Assembly: GCF_000186885.1 (NCBI RefSeq)
Contig: NC_014972.1
Location: forward strand, 1,380,001-1,412,000
DNA: 32,000 bases
Source of the DNA: Desulfobulbus propionicus DSM 2032
Lineage (GTDB): Bacteria; Desulfobacterota; Desulfobulbia; Desulfobulbales; Desulfobulbaceae
Direction: 5' to 3'
Notes under the pieces: generated by a model
Told to the model about the DNA's origin: nothing
Databases searched by the model: none
What the model saw: the letters and a program-made list of their open reading frames with translations, nothing else
Translations under genes and position numbers: made by a program
Part shown: positions 1-7,920 of the stretch, one piece after another
How the letters are laid out: the number at the start of each line of letters is the position of its first letter
Numbering within the stretch: position 1 is the first letter of the stretch

Positions 1-945
1 TGATTGCTCGTCACCGGCGAACAAATAGATGCTTTTGCCGTCCGGCGTCGTTCCCAGCAGTTCACCGGCCTGAACGTTCTTCTTCAACACCACCCGCCGT
101 TCAGGGCGGGCTATGGCCGATTCGGCGGGCAGGATCGGCCTCTTGCCCGCACCGATGCGGTAGAGGTGCTTGCGGAACAGGGCAACCTTATCCTTGTCCC
201 GGAGCTTGAGGTTAGTGTAGGCGGCATGGGGAATCAGACCGCCGATGGTCAGCTTGAGCGGTTGACGGCGCTGCTGGAACATCTCGCCAATCAACATCAG
301 GGTCGACAGCGGCTTGAACAGCATCGAAGCCGAGTAAAAGGCGAGCGAGTTGCGGGCACGGACATGGATGGGCAGGATCGGCGCCTTGGCGCGGGCCGCC
401 AGGCGGAGAAACCCTTTGCGCCAGGGGCCATCCTGAATGCCCTTGGGGGACAGGCGCGACACCTCTCCGGCCGGAAAGATGATCACCGCTTCCTCGTTGG
501 CCAGGGAACGCTCAATGTGACCGATCTGCTCCTTGCGGGTCACGCCGGTCATCACCCTGACCGACAGCAAGCAGGGACGAAGCGGCGTGATTGCCTCCAA
601 CAGGTCGTTGGCGACAATGCGGACATCGGGACGGCAGTCATGCACCAACTTGAGCAGAGCCAGGCCATCCAAGGTGCCGATGGGGTGATTGGCGATGATC
701 ATGACCCGTCCGCTAGCCGGAATATGCTCCCGTTCGCGTTCGGCAACCGTATAGGTGCACTGCAGGGATTCCAACACCTGCTCGACAAAATCCATGCCGC
801 GCAAATGGGGGTACTGCTCGGCAAAACGGACAAAGCGATCCTCGTGGAGAAGACGGCGAAGCACGCTGCGGAGCGGCGAGGAGAGGAGGGGCCGGGCAGC
901 CAGACCAGGAGAATACCGGGTGAGCAGGGCATCAACGGTGAACAT
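1..945 (-). CDS. PlsC-type acyltransferase domain protein, 5' part only (probable OlsF/GlsB-like fused O-/N-acyltransferase of aminolipid synthesis); runs off the left window edge
   Basis: Absent from the ORF track because it has no stop inside the window. Hand translation of the minus frame from ATG 943-945 (GGAGAA 7 nt upstream) gives MFTVDALLTRYSPGLAARP...RVMIIANHPIGTLDGLALL...EAVIIFPAGEVSRLSPKG...APILPIHVRARNS...GTTPDGKSIYLFAGDEQS. It carries the acyltransferase His..Asp block and the FPxGE block. The sequence continues past the acyltransferase domain, as in two-domain aminolipid acyltransferases. The + ORF 4..969 is its antisense shadow. Confidence 0.75.
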   Translation of the reverse strand, partial: MFTVDALLTRYSPGLAARPLLSSPLRSVLRRLLHEDRFVRFAEQYPHLRGMDFVEQVLESLQCTYTVAEREREHIPASGRVMIIANHPIGTLDGLALLKLVHDCRPDVRIVANDLLEAITPLRPCLLSVRVMTGVTRKEQIGHIERSLANEEAVIIFPAGEVSRLSPKGIQDGPWRKGFLRLAARAKAPILPIHVRARNSLAFYSASMLFKPLSTLMLIGEMFQQRRQPLKLTIGGLIPHAAYTNLKLRDKDKVALFRKHLYRIGAGKRPILPAESAIARPERRVVLKKNVQAGELLGTTPDGKSIYLFAGDEQS

Positions 946-994
946 GGATGTTCTCCAAAAGGGGGGTGATGAAGAGAAACCTGTCTCGGTTGTC

Positions 995-1762
995 TCAGGC
1001 GAAGGACCGATGCTCCCGGTACCCCAGCCACTGCTCGCGGAAGGACAACGGGAAGGCGGGCCGGTTGCTCTTTGTAGCCCTGAGCGGCTCCACATCGAAC
1101 TCCAGAGTGATCCCGGGCAGGTCCGAAGGACACGCGGCGACGCTGACCCTTGCAATCGGCGCGAACCGGGCGTGCAGCAGGCAGAGCATGCCGCCTGGGG
1201 CGTCCTCCTGGACATGGTGGGTGGCGTAGCGGGAGGGGGCGGTCAACACCTGCCACTCCTTGGCATGTAGGGCGGCGGCGCGATCGGCGCACAGGGCCAC
1301 CGCGCCGTACGGCTCCCGAAGCAAGGGGTGGGTGAACAGGGCGGCCAGCTGCATGTTCCGGATCAAAGCCACCGAGGCGAGATGGACATTGAGCACGAGG
1401 ACCGAGGCGTTGCGTTTGCGAATCAGGGCAAACTGGACGGTGGTCGTCTCTTGGCGGGTACCGATGGCAAAGCTGCCGCTGTTCAAGACCCAGATTCCGC
1501 TGGCGGTCAACAGGGCCAGGCCTCGGGCGACACCTTCCTGTTCCGAATGGCAGCGTGCTGTCGCAAAGCAGCTGCGGGTCAACCCGAGTCGGCCTGCCAA
1601 CAGGGTGCTGGCGGGCGCCCGGCCATCAGCGCCATGGACAAGCGATTGGCAGCACAACAGGTCGATTGTGTAGCGGTCGTCCAGAGTCGTCTTGGCATCG
1701 AACTCTTTCAAAAGTGCGTCAGCGTGCGTTGCATCCAGGTTTATCATTCGGAACATGATCAT
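995..1762 (-). CDS. hypothetical protein, possibly a degenerate endonuclease/exonuclease/phosphatase (EEP)-fold protein
   Basis: ORF 995..1849, trimmed to ATG 1762 (MIMFRMINLD...) because the upstream part is Arg/Pro-rich and looks non-coding. 'GLALLTASGIWVLNSGSF' and 'ASVLVLNVHLAS' resemble EEP core strands, but the GDFN-type catalytic block reads 'LCADRA'. The fold assignment is weak. Confidence 0.45.
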   Translation of the reverse strand: MIMFRMINLDATHADALLKEFDAKTTLDDRYTIDLLCCQSLVHGADGRAPASTLLAGRLGLTRSCFATARCHSEQEGVARGLALLTASGIWVLNSGSFAIGTRQETTTVQFALIRKRNASVLVLNVHLASVALIRNMQLAALFTHPLLREPYGAVALCADRAAALHAKEWQVLTAPSRYATHHVQEDAPGGMLCLLHARFAPIARVSVAACPSDLPGITLEFDVEPLRATKSNRPAFPLSFREQWLGYREHRSFA

Positions 1763-2177
1763 CTCTCGTGGCAAAGGGCTGTCAAACCGGCATGTTCTGG
1801 CGCGGACCGCGCTCCATGCCGGGGTGAAACGCCTGTCTTGTACCCCCACACTGTTGGTTTTTGGTCAGCGTACCATCAGGCTTTGGTGAGGAGTGGCTCC
1901 CGGCTGCGCTCTTTGGCTCGACGCCCGCTTTGGCCGCACCCGTCGGGATGGGGCGCCAAGACCGTCGCCGCCTGGATGGAAGTCATCTCCACGGCGGTTG
2001 TTACGGCAGGATCAGCAGGCACTTAGGATTCGATCAAGCACCGCGTTGTTGGCCGCACTGACCAAAACATAATCAATCCATAACGTTGGTTTAAAAACAG
2101 GCTCGTAGAGTGGGAGGCAGAACAGAAGACAAAAACGGATTGAGCGCCGATCAGGCGTTGACAGCAGACCCCCAACC

Positions 2178-3071
2178 ATGCGATTCGCCATTTCCTTCAC
2201 CTTCTCTCCCGGCACCCCGCTTTGGCATATTGGCACCCAATGGCTGGGACGGGATGCCCTCAGCGGCCAGAATTTCGCACCACCCAAGGTCCTTGGCCTG
2301 GACGCCGAAACCCTGCGGGAACTGACCCGGATACCTGCCCGCCACGGCCTGCAGGCTCCTCTTGTCCCGCTGTTTCGGCTTAAACCACCTCTGACCGAGG
2401 CAGATCTGAAGGCAGCTTTGGTGGATTTTTCCAGCCGGCAGTCGCCGTTCGCTTTACCGCCCCTTGCCCTCTGCCACGTTAACCGTGCGTTCAGCCTCTG
2501 TCCCTGTCGGCATTTTCCCGCCCTCCAGGCCCTGGCCGCCCGCTGTACCCGTGCCTTCGATCGGCTGCGTGCCCCACTCAATCCGAGCGAACTGGCCAAA
2601 CACAAGGCGCAACCGCTCAGCGGCCAGGAAAAAAGGAACTTGGAGATGTGGGGGAACCCGTACGTTTTTGAGCAATACCGTTTCGCCTTTCCCTTGACCG
2701 GCCGGATGGCCGAAGGCCGTCAGAAGGAGCTGGTGCACAGTGCCCTGCAGACCTTCTTTGGTCCGGCGCTGGCCCAACCTGTCGTGCTGGACAGCCTGTA
2801 CCTTTTTGTCGAACCGGAGCACGGTCAGCCGCTCAGCGGCGTCCACCGGTTTCCCTTGACTCTGCCCTCATCCGAACCTGGGGATCGCATCAGCCATGAC
2901 CCGCAGTTCCTCGACCAAGACCTTCATTCTCGATACCAATCCTGGTCGTGGTCCTGGAGCAGCGGACCCCGTATCGTCAGATCATGCTCGCCCGGCCAAT
3001 CGTTCCCCTGTCCAACAAGGAGATCGGCTACCTGCCCGGCGACAGCCAGTCCAACGGGCTCAGCCACCTGA
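2178..3071 (+). CDS. DUF1045 (2H-phosphoesterase-like, 'phosphonate metabolism'-annotated) family protein with a probably non-native C-terminal tail
   Basis: The N-terminus MRFAISFTFSPGTPLWHIGTQWLGRDA matches the characteristic DUF1045 start. Family-like sequence ends near '...LYLFVEPEHGQPLSGVHRFPL'. The last ~60 codons (...SRYQSWSWSWSSGPRIV...) are low-complexity and read through the PhoH remnant in another frame. No obvious SD precedes the ATG. Confidence 0.7.
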   Translation: MRFAISFTFSPGTPLWHIGTQWLGRDALSGQNFAPPKVLGLDAETLRELTRIPARHGLQAPLVPLFRLKPPLTEADLKAALVDFSSRQSPFALPPLALCHVNRAFSLCPCRHFPALQALAARCTRAFDRLRAPLNPSELAKHKAQPLSGQEKRNLEMWGNPYVFEQYRFAFPLTGRMAEGRQKELVHSALQTFFGPALAQPVVLDSLYLFVEPEHGQPLSGVHRFPLTLPSSEPGDRISHDPQFLDQDLHSRYQSWSWSWSSGPRIVRSCSPGQSFPCPTRRSATCPATASPTGSAT

Positions 3072-3166
3072 TCGAAAAGATGCAGGGGCAGCCGCTCTAT
3101 GCCCATGTCAACCTTGAAAAAGGCGAGCGTTCCGAACTCGCCATGCTTGCCAGTGAACTGCTATGA
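2896..3166 (+). pseudogene. collapsed remnant of a PIN-domain/PhoH-like ATPase (YlaK/PhoH2 type) gene
   Basis: The frame from ATG 2896 gives MTRSSSTKTFILDTN, a PIN-PhoH N-terminal signature. After a frame change near 2940 the sequence reads ...QIMLARPIVPLSNKEIGYLPGD (a PhoH motif), then ...YAHVNLEKGERSELAMLASELL (a PhoH-like C-terminus). About 90 codons remain where roughly 450 are expected. The stop overlaps the next gene's ATG (ATGA at 3163-3166). Confidence 0.6.
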
Positions 3167-3855
3167 GCCTCAAACAGTACCTTCTGTCCAATCGCTCCCC
3201 TCTCCGGACCCTGGTTCCCCTCTGCCTGGCCCTGCTACTCATGGCTGCCGCCGGTTCCCAGTCGCCGGTACTGCGTTACCGTGAGCAAACCGGAGACGAT
3301 CAGTTCATCTTCACGTGGCAGATAAACAGGGACGTTGATGGCATCACCGTGATGCAGCAGCAGGGTGACGAGATGTATAGCAGCCGCAACACTGCCGGAG
3401 GAGCGACCCAGAGCTGGCACTATGTCAAGCCGCCGGCCACCGATGTCCGGGTGGAACGCGACGGCAACCGACTGCGCTTCACCGGCCGCTTTGCCGGTGA
3501 AACGATTGACCGGATCCAGACCATCGATGGACGCCCATGGATGCAACCCCTCTCCTTCAGCCTGCAGCGGTTGGTTGGCGAAGAGCCGCAGGTCGCTCGT
3601 TTTTGGACCATCCGCCCCGATACCCTGGACGTGCTTGCCATGCAGGCGGAGACGGCGGGCAGCGAACCGGTGGCCATCGACAGCGGCGGCACCCGGAGGG
3701 CCAGCAAGGTGGTCATTCGTCCCGAGGGGTTGCTCAGCGCTTTCTGGCAGGCCGAGTACTGGTTCCGTGACGGCGACAACATGTTCCTGCAATATCGGGG
3801 AACCCACGAACCTCCCGGCACGGCCGAAACCCGGATCTGCCTGATTACCCCCTGA
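3163..3855 (+). CDS. secreted hypothetical protein (signal peptide)
   Basis: 230-aa ORF with a hydrophobic N-terminal signal (LVPLCLALLLMAAAGS) and normal, non-shadow amino-acid composition. I recognise no family. Its 3' end overlaps the convergent GT4 gene by 11 nt (3845-3855). Confidence 0.6.
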   Translation: MSLKQYLLSNRSPLRTLVPLCLALLLMAAAGSQSPVLRYREQTGDDQFIFTWQINRDVDGITVMQQQGDEMYSSRNTAGGATQSWHYVKPPATDVRVERDGNRLRFTGRFAGETIDRIQTIDGRPWMQPLSFSLQRLVGEEPQVARFWTIRPDTLDVLAMQAETAGSEPVAIDSGGTRRASKVVIRPEGLLSAFWQAEYWFRDGDNMFLQYRGTHEPPGTAETRICLITP

Positions 3856-4879
3856 CGGCACAGGCCTGGGAACATGGGGCAATGGCGTGATTGATCGCCA
3901 GATTGCCCAGGAACTGGCGGGTGCAGGCCTCCCACGAGTACCGCGCGGCCATCTCCCTGCAGGCAGTGCGGGAAAGGGTGAGCGCTCTCAGGGCCGCTCG
4001 GCCCAGATCGGCATCGAGGCAGCCGTTGATCCCTTCGCGGATCAGGTGGCGGGGGCCGGTCACCGGGTAGGCGGCCACCGGCACGCCACAGGCATTGGCC
4101 TCCAGCAGGACGAGACCAAAAGTGTCGGTCAGGCTGGGGAAGACAAACACATCCGCCGCCGCCATCAGCCGCGCCAACTGTTCGCCGTGCTGGGCACCGG
4201 TGAACCGGACCAGCGGATAGGCCCGGCGCAGACGCGAATACTCCGGCCCATCGCCGATCACCCACTTTTCTCCCGGCAGATCCAGATCCAGGAAGGCGGG
4301 CAGATTTTTTTCCGGGGCCACCCGGCCAACATAGATAAAAAGAGGCCGTTGACAATCAACGGGCAGGCCGGGACGCGGTCGGAACAGGGCGGTGTCGACG
4401 CCGCGTGACCAGGGGACCAGAGGGGCAAAGCCCCGATCCCTCAGTTCGTCGATGATGGTTGGCGCGGCCATGGTGCGGCAGGCGGCGCCATGAAAGTGTT
4501 TGAGCAGGGCATAACTGAAGGCAAGCGGCATTGGCACGCGCATCCGCAGGTATTCGGGGAAGCGGGTGTGATACGAGGTGGTGAAGGCAAGGCCAATCCG
4601 GCGGCAGGCGGATCGGGTTGCCCATCCGAGCGGTCCCTCGGTGGCGATATGCACGGCATCGGGTTGCCATTCGGCCAGCAGGCGGCGGATGGCGGCCGGA
4701 CTGGTCAGCGACAGCCTGATTTCCGGATAGGTGGGGCAGGCCACTGTTTTAAACCGGTCCGGGGTGAGGGTGAGGAGGTCGTGCCCCCAGCCGCGCAGCG
4801 TTTCCGCGGTCCGCGTGAGCGTGGTGACGACGCCGTTAATTTGGGGATGCCAGGCATCGGTGGCGATACAGATTTTCAT
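3845..4879 (-). CDS. GT4-family (GT-B, 'glycosyl transferase group 1') glycosyltransferase, SqdX/glycolipid-synthase-like
   Basis: ORF 3845..5020 trimmed to ATG 4879. MKICIATDAWHPQINGVVTTL is typical of lipid-glycosyltransferase N-termini, and the C-terminal block reads FPSLTDTFGLVLLEANACGVPVAA (the E..G....EA.A.G.PV motif). It overlaps the upstream gene by 44 nt. Confidence 0.85.
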   Translation of the reverse strand: MKICIATDAWHPQINGVVTTLTRTAETLRGWGHDLLTLTPDRFKTVACPTYPEIRLSLTSPAAIRRLLAEWQPDAVHIATEGPLGWATRSACRRIGLAFTTSYHTRFPEYLRMRVPMPLAFSYALLKHFHGAACRTMAAPTIIDELRDRGFAPLVPWSRGVDTALFRPRPGLPVDCQRPLFIYVGRVAPEKNLPAFLDLDLPGEKWVIGDGPEYSRLRRAYPLVRFTGAQHGEQLARLMAAADVFVFPSLTDTFGLVLLEANACGVPVAAYPVTGPRHLIREGINGCLDADLGRAALRALTLSRTACREMAARYSWEACTRQFLGNLAINHAIAPCSQACAVRG

Positions 4880-5648
4880 GTTGAACGGAAACCGCCTCGC
4901 GCAGGGGTTGATGGGTGGGCCATTCGATGATTCCCAGTTGGCCACAGGAATTTTCGGCCAAGGCTGTGCAGCTTTCCACCCAGTCGCCGGTGTTGGTGTA
5001 GAGCGTTGTGCCGATTTCACGAATCCCGGCCCGATGGATATGGCCGCAGATCAGGCCATCCACCCGGTGGGCCGCCGCCTCCCTGGCCACCAGGGCATCG
5101 AATTGGCCGATGCAATTGACCGCCCTTTTGGTCTGGTGTTTCAGCCAGGCAGAGAGGGTGCGGGGTCCGCGCTTTTTTGCAGGGAGTCGGATCGTGCACC
5201 AGCGGTTGCAGCGCAGCAGCAGGGCGTAGATCACCGAGCCCGTCGTGGCCAGCCAGGGACAGTGGCGGATCACCGGGTCAAAGGTATCGCCGTGCAGCAC
5301 CAGATAGCGGCGCCCGTCCACGGTCTGGTGGATGGCCGTGTTCTGGATGCGGATGTTGCTGATGGTGAGGCCGTCGAAGGCGCGCAGCAGGTGATCGTGG
5401 TTGCCGGGCAGGTAGATGACCTGGGTGCCGCCTGCCGCCTTAGCCAGCACGGTCTGGACGATGCGGTCATTGACCGCCGGCCAGTGCCAGGCCTTGTTCG
5501 CCTGGACCAGGTCAAAAATATCGCCGACCAGGTAAAGAAAATCGGAGTCGGTGTGGAGCAGGAAATCGAGCACCTGTTCGTTTTTCAGGCACCTCGTGCC
5601 CAGGTGGAGATCGGAGATCCAGATGGATCGGAAATGGTGCTGCGGCAT
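4836..5648 (-). CDS. LpxH-family (UDP-2,3-diacylglucosamine diphosphatase-like) calcineurin-type metallophosphoesterase
   Basis: The metallophosphoesterase motif series is complete: SDLHLG, VGDIFD, PGNHDH, LHGDTFD, CGHIHR. A strong SD (AAAGGAGG) ends about 7 nt upstream of ATG 5648. I cannot tell whether this is the housekeeping lpxH or a paralogue. Confidence 0.85.
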   Translation of the reverse strand: MPQHHFRSIWISDLHLGTRCLKNEQVLDFLLHTDSDFLYLVGDIFDLVQANKAWHWPAVNDRIVQTVLAKAAGGTQVIYLPGNHDHLLRAFDGLTISNIRIQNTAIHQTVDGRRYLVLHGDTFDPVIRHCPWLATTGSVIYALLLRCNRWCTIRLPAKKRGPRTLSAWLKHQTKRAVNCIGQFDALVAREAAAHRVDGLICGHIHRAGIREIGTTLYTNTGDWVESCTALAENSCGQLGIIEWPTHQPLREAVSVQHENLYRHRCLASPN

Positions 5649-5821
5649 GGTGCGCCCTCCTTTGGGTTGTGCCGATGCGGGTCCGGGGCAGTTGGTGCCG
5701 GCCCTGCACGTCGATCGCCCGCCTTGTTTGCACCCTAACCGGGCAGCGTTACCCTTTGATCAGGGAGCTGTTTTTTTCCGATTGAAGGTTTGTTGCGGTT
5801 TGATGAGCCGAGCCGCGGTGG

Positions 5822-6874
5822 CTAAATACGATGCTGATGGACCTGGAAGGAGAGGATGGCGCCGGTGACCATGCTGCGGCCAAAATGGAGGAACAGGATG
5901 AGCCAGAGGGCCTTGAGGCCAAGGATGAGCAGCGGGTCGAGCAGCACCCGCAGGCCAGCGGCCATGTCGGGTCGGGGCAGACTGGGCTGGGGCAGGAGCA
6001 CACAGAGCAGGGCGCCAAAGACCATGGCCGCCACGGCCATCTTCTGATAGGCGGTGATGGCCGAGAATCCGCGAAAATCGGCGCGCAGCATCTCGGAGAG
6101 CACGCGCCAGATTTGGGAAACCATGAGGCTCAGCAGAAAGGCGCTCCGGTACCTGCCCTGCAGGAACCAATGGCAGGCGACCAGGCCGGTGACCGTATAG
6201 AGCAGGCAGGTCAGCCCCTGCACCGGCACCAGTTTGACCCCGGCCAGCCCGCCCTCGTAGACGGCCTTCTTGGTGGGGGCGGTGAAGACCACCGCCATCC
6301 GGTCGAGCAGTCTGCGGGCCAGAGGACCGCACTGATCCAGCGGTTTGCCGTAGCAGCAGCCAAAACTGAGACAGGCCAGGCGGCCAAGCCCCTCGCCGAT
6401 GATGTAGCCGATGGCCAGGGCGGCCAGCACGATCTGCCCGCTCAGCCGGGGCGTTGCCGTCAGCCAGCAGCCGAGATTGATCGCCAGGATGAGCACGGGG
6501 GCACTCACCAGCCCACAGAAAAAGGCCCCTCCGATGGTGAAGGTGTACCCTTTCTTTTCCACCAGGCGGGCAATCCGCCGGCTTGCCGGGACACAGAGCC
6601 CGACGATCAGCGTCAAGAGTGCCAGCAGCGGCACCATGGCCATGTGGGCCGCCTGCCCAAGGACGAGCACAAAGACCAGGCCGACGATGGCGGCACTGGC
6701 CAGAATCAGCCCGTACCAGGTGAAGTTGATGCCCTGCCAAAGGCTGCCTTCACCTCGGCGGACCGGCACGGCGGCCAGCACCTGAAAACGATCGGAGGGG
6801 AGATACCGCCAGCCAAGCGTGATGGCCACGGCGAACAGGGCCGCGGTGGTGCAGAGAAAGAGCGCTTCGGTCAT
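5822..6874 (-). CDS. Lgt-family (prolipoprotein diacylglyceryl transferase-like) polytopic membrane protein
   Basis: Multi-TM protein containing 'GEGLGRLACLSFGCCYGKP', the Lgt-family G-R-x-G-C...GCC-x-G signature. The track ORF starts at TTG 6883, but I prefer ATG 6874 (MTEALFL...). There is no clear SD. It lies 33 nt downstream of the PSD-type gene. Confidence 0.75.
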   Translation of the reverse strand: MTEALFLCTTAALFAVAITLGWRYLPSDRFQVLAAVPVRRGEGSLWQGINFTWYGLILASAAIVGLVFVLVLGQAAHMAMVPLLALLTLIVGLCVPASRRIARLVEKKGYTFTIGGAFFCGLVSAPVLILAINLGCWLTATPRLSGQIVLAALAIGYIIGEGLGRLACLSFGCCYGKPLDQCGPLARRLLDRMAVVFTAPTKKAVYEGGLAGVKLVPVQGLTCLLYTVTGLVACHWFLQGRYRSAFLLSLMVSQIWRVLSEMLRADFRGFSAITAYQKMAVAAMVFGALLCVLLPQPSLPRPDMAAGLRVLLDPLLILGLKALWLILFLHFGRSMVTGAILSFQVHQHRI

Positions 6875-6907
6875 AATGATCAAGAGGATGATGTGATCAA
6901 GTCGGTT

Positions 6908-7909
6908 TCACAACCGCCGTTTGCCGGCAATGGTTGAACGTACCCGGACATCGGTTTCCACCACCGGCCGTCCCAGGCCCAGCGAGAATCGACTCAGGAC
7001 ATCGGCGCGCCGCCGGTTGCACACCAGATCGTCGCTGAAGGTGACCACCTCCCGTTGAAAGAGGAGGATGTCGGTGGAACTGCCCGGCCGGTACAAGCTT
7101 TTCGGGCAACCCTTCTCCAACCGCATGCCCTTGGCGATCGGCTGCGGCGCGTCGTAGGCGTGGGTCGAGTAGCACTGGACGATGTCCCCGATCATCAGGG
7201 CCACCACCTCGATCATCGCCACCAGACCAACCTGGGTGCCCCCCTGTACGTCGGTGTCGATGATGGTCACCACCCGCCGGTTCTTGGCATGCAGGGAGGC
7301 CAGGGCAATCTGCGCCCGCGGGTTGCAGGAGTGGTACTGGCCGTCGATCTGGTAGAAGTCGATCACCTCGCCGCTCACCGGCACATGGTTGTAGTGATAT
7401 TTGTCCGGGGTCAGACGGAAGATGGCGAAATCGCCGCCAACGAAAAACGGAGGCCAGGGCAAATCCTCGCCCAGCAGTTCCGGGGCGGAGAAAAATTTTT
7501 CCTTGATGAACAGCTCCGGTGTCTCCTCCAGGGAACCGATCAGCACCTTGGCGTCGGCGGGCGCGACGATGGTCTCGTTGGCCTCGTCCATGGGACGGCA
7601 CTGCCAGTAGCGGATCTGCCGTTCAAACACCTGCCGGGGGGTGGTGAAACTGGCAGCCGGGGCTACACACTCCCGCCAGTCCACCCCCATTCGCTGCAGC
7701 AGTGCCGGACCCCGACGGCTATCCACCGGCAGGGTGCAGTCGAACTGGAGATACCCGAGCACACTGGACATCCGCTCCGAGGTCAGAGCGCGGAACAGGC
7801 TGGGTGCCTGCTCACGCACCCGGTTGTAGAGCAGGTCGATGAACCGGTCGGCGAACAGGTGTTCGCTGACGATTTCCCCTGTTTCGCGGACGATGTACTG
7901 ATGCTGCAT
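6908..7909 (-). CDS. psd: phosphatidylserine decarboxylase family proenzyme (long N-terminal type)
   Basis: Track ORF 6908..8365 trimmed to ATG 7909 (RBS GGGAGAAG), because the upstream 152 codons overlap the preceding gene out of frame. MQHQYIVRETGEIVSEHLFADRFIDLLY is the N-terminus of the long bacterial PSD type. 'YRPGSSTDILLF' aligns with the self-cleavage G-S-(S/T) site that generates the pyruvoyl group. Confidence 0.85.
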   Translation of the reverse strand: MQHQYIVRETGEIVSEHLFADRFIDLLYNRVREQAPSLFRALTSERMSSVLGYLQFDCTLPVDSRRGPALLQRMGVDWRECVAPAASFTTPRQVFERQIRYWQCRPMDEANETIVAPADAKVLIGSLEETPELFIKEKFFSAPELLGEDLPWPPFFVGGDFAIFRLTPDKYHYNHVPVSGEVIDFYQIDGQYHSCNPRAQIALASLHAKNRRVVTIIDTDVQGGTQVGLVAMIEVVALMIGDIVQCYSTHAYDAPQPIAKGMRLEKGCPKSLYRPGSSTDILLFQREVVTFSDDLVCNRRRADVLSRFSLGLGRPVVETDVRVRSTIAGKRRL

Positions 7910-7920
7910 GGATCTTCTCC

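Noticed and set aside
4-969. 321-aa + strand ORF at the left edge
   Set aside because: It is the antisense shadow of the PlsC-type acyltransferase gene (minus strand, ATG 945), which carries clear acyltransferase motifs. The + translation is Arg/Gly/Gln-rich with no motif.
1877-1987. 36-codon minus-strand ORF (MTSIQAATVLAPHPDG...) in the 415-bp gap between 1762 and 2178
   Set aside because: GGAG abuts the ATG with no spacing, the ORF is very short and it has no recognisable features. The support is insufficient.
2158-2163. Perfect TTGACA hexamer upstream of the DUF1045 gene
   Set aside because: It lies only 14 nt before the ATG, so the matching -10 element would fall inside the coding sequence. 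It cannot serve as a conventional -35 for this gene.
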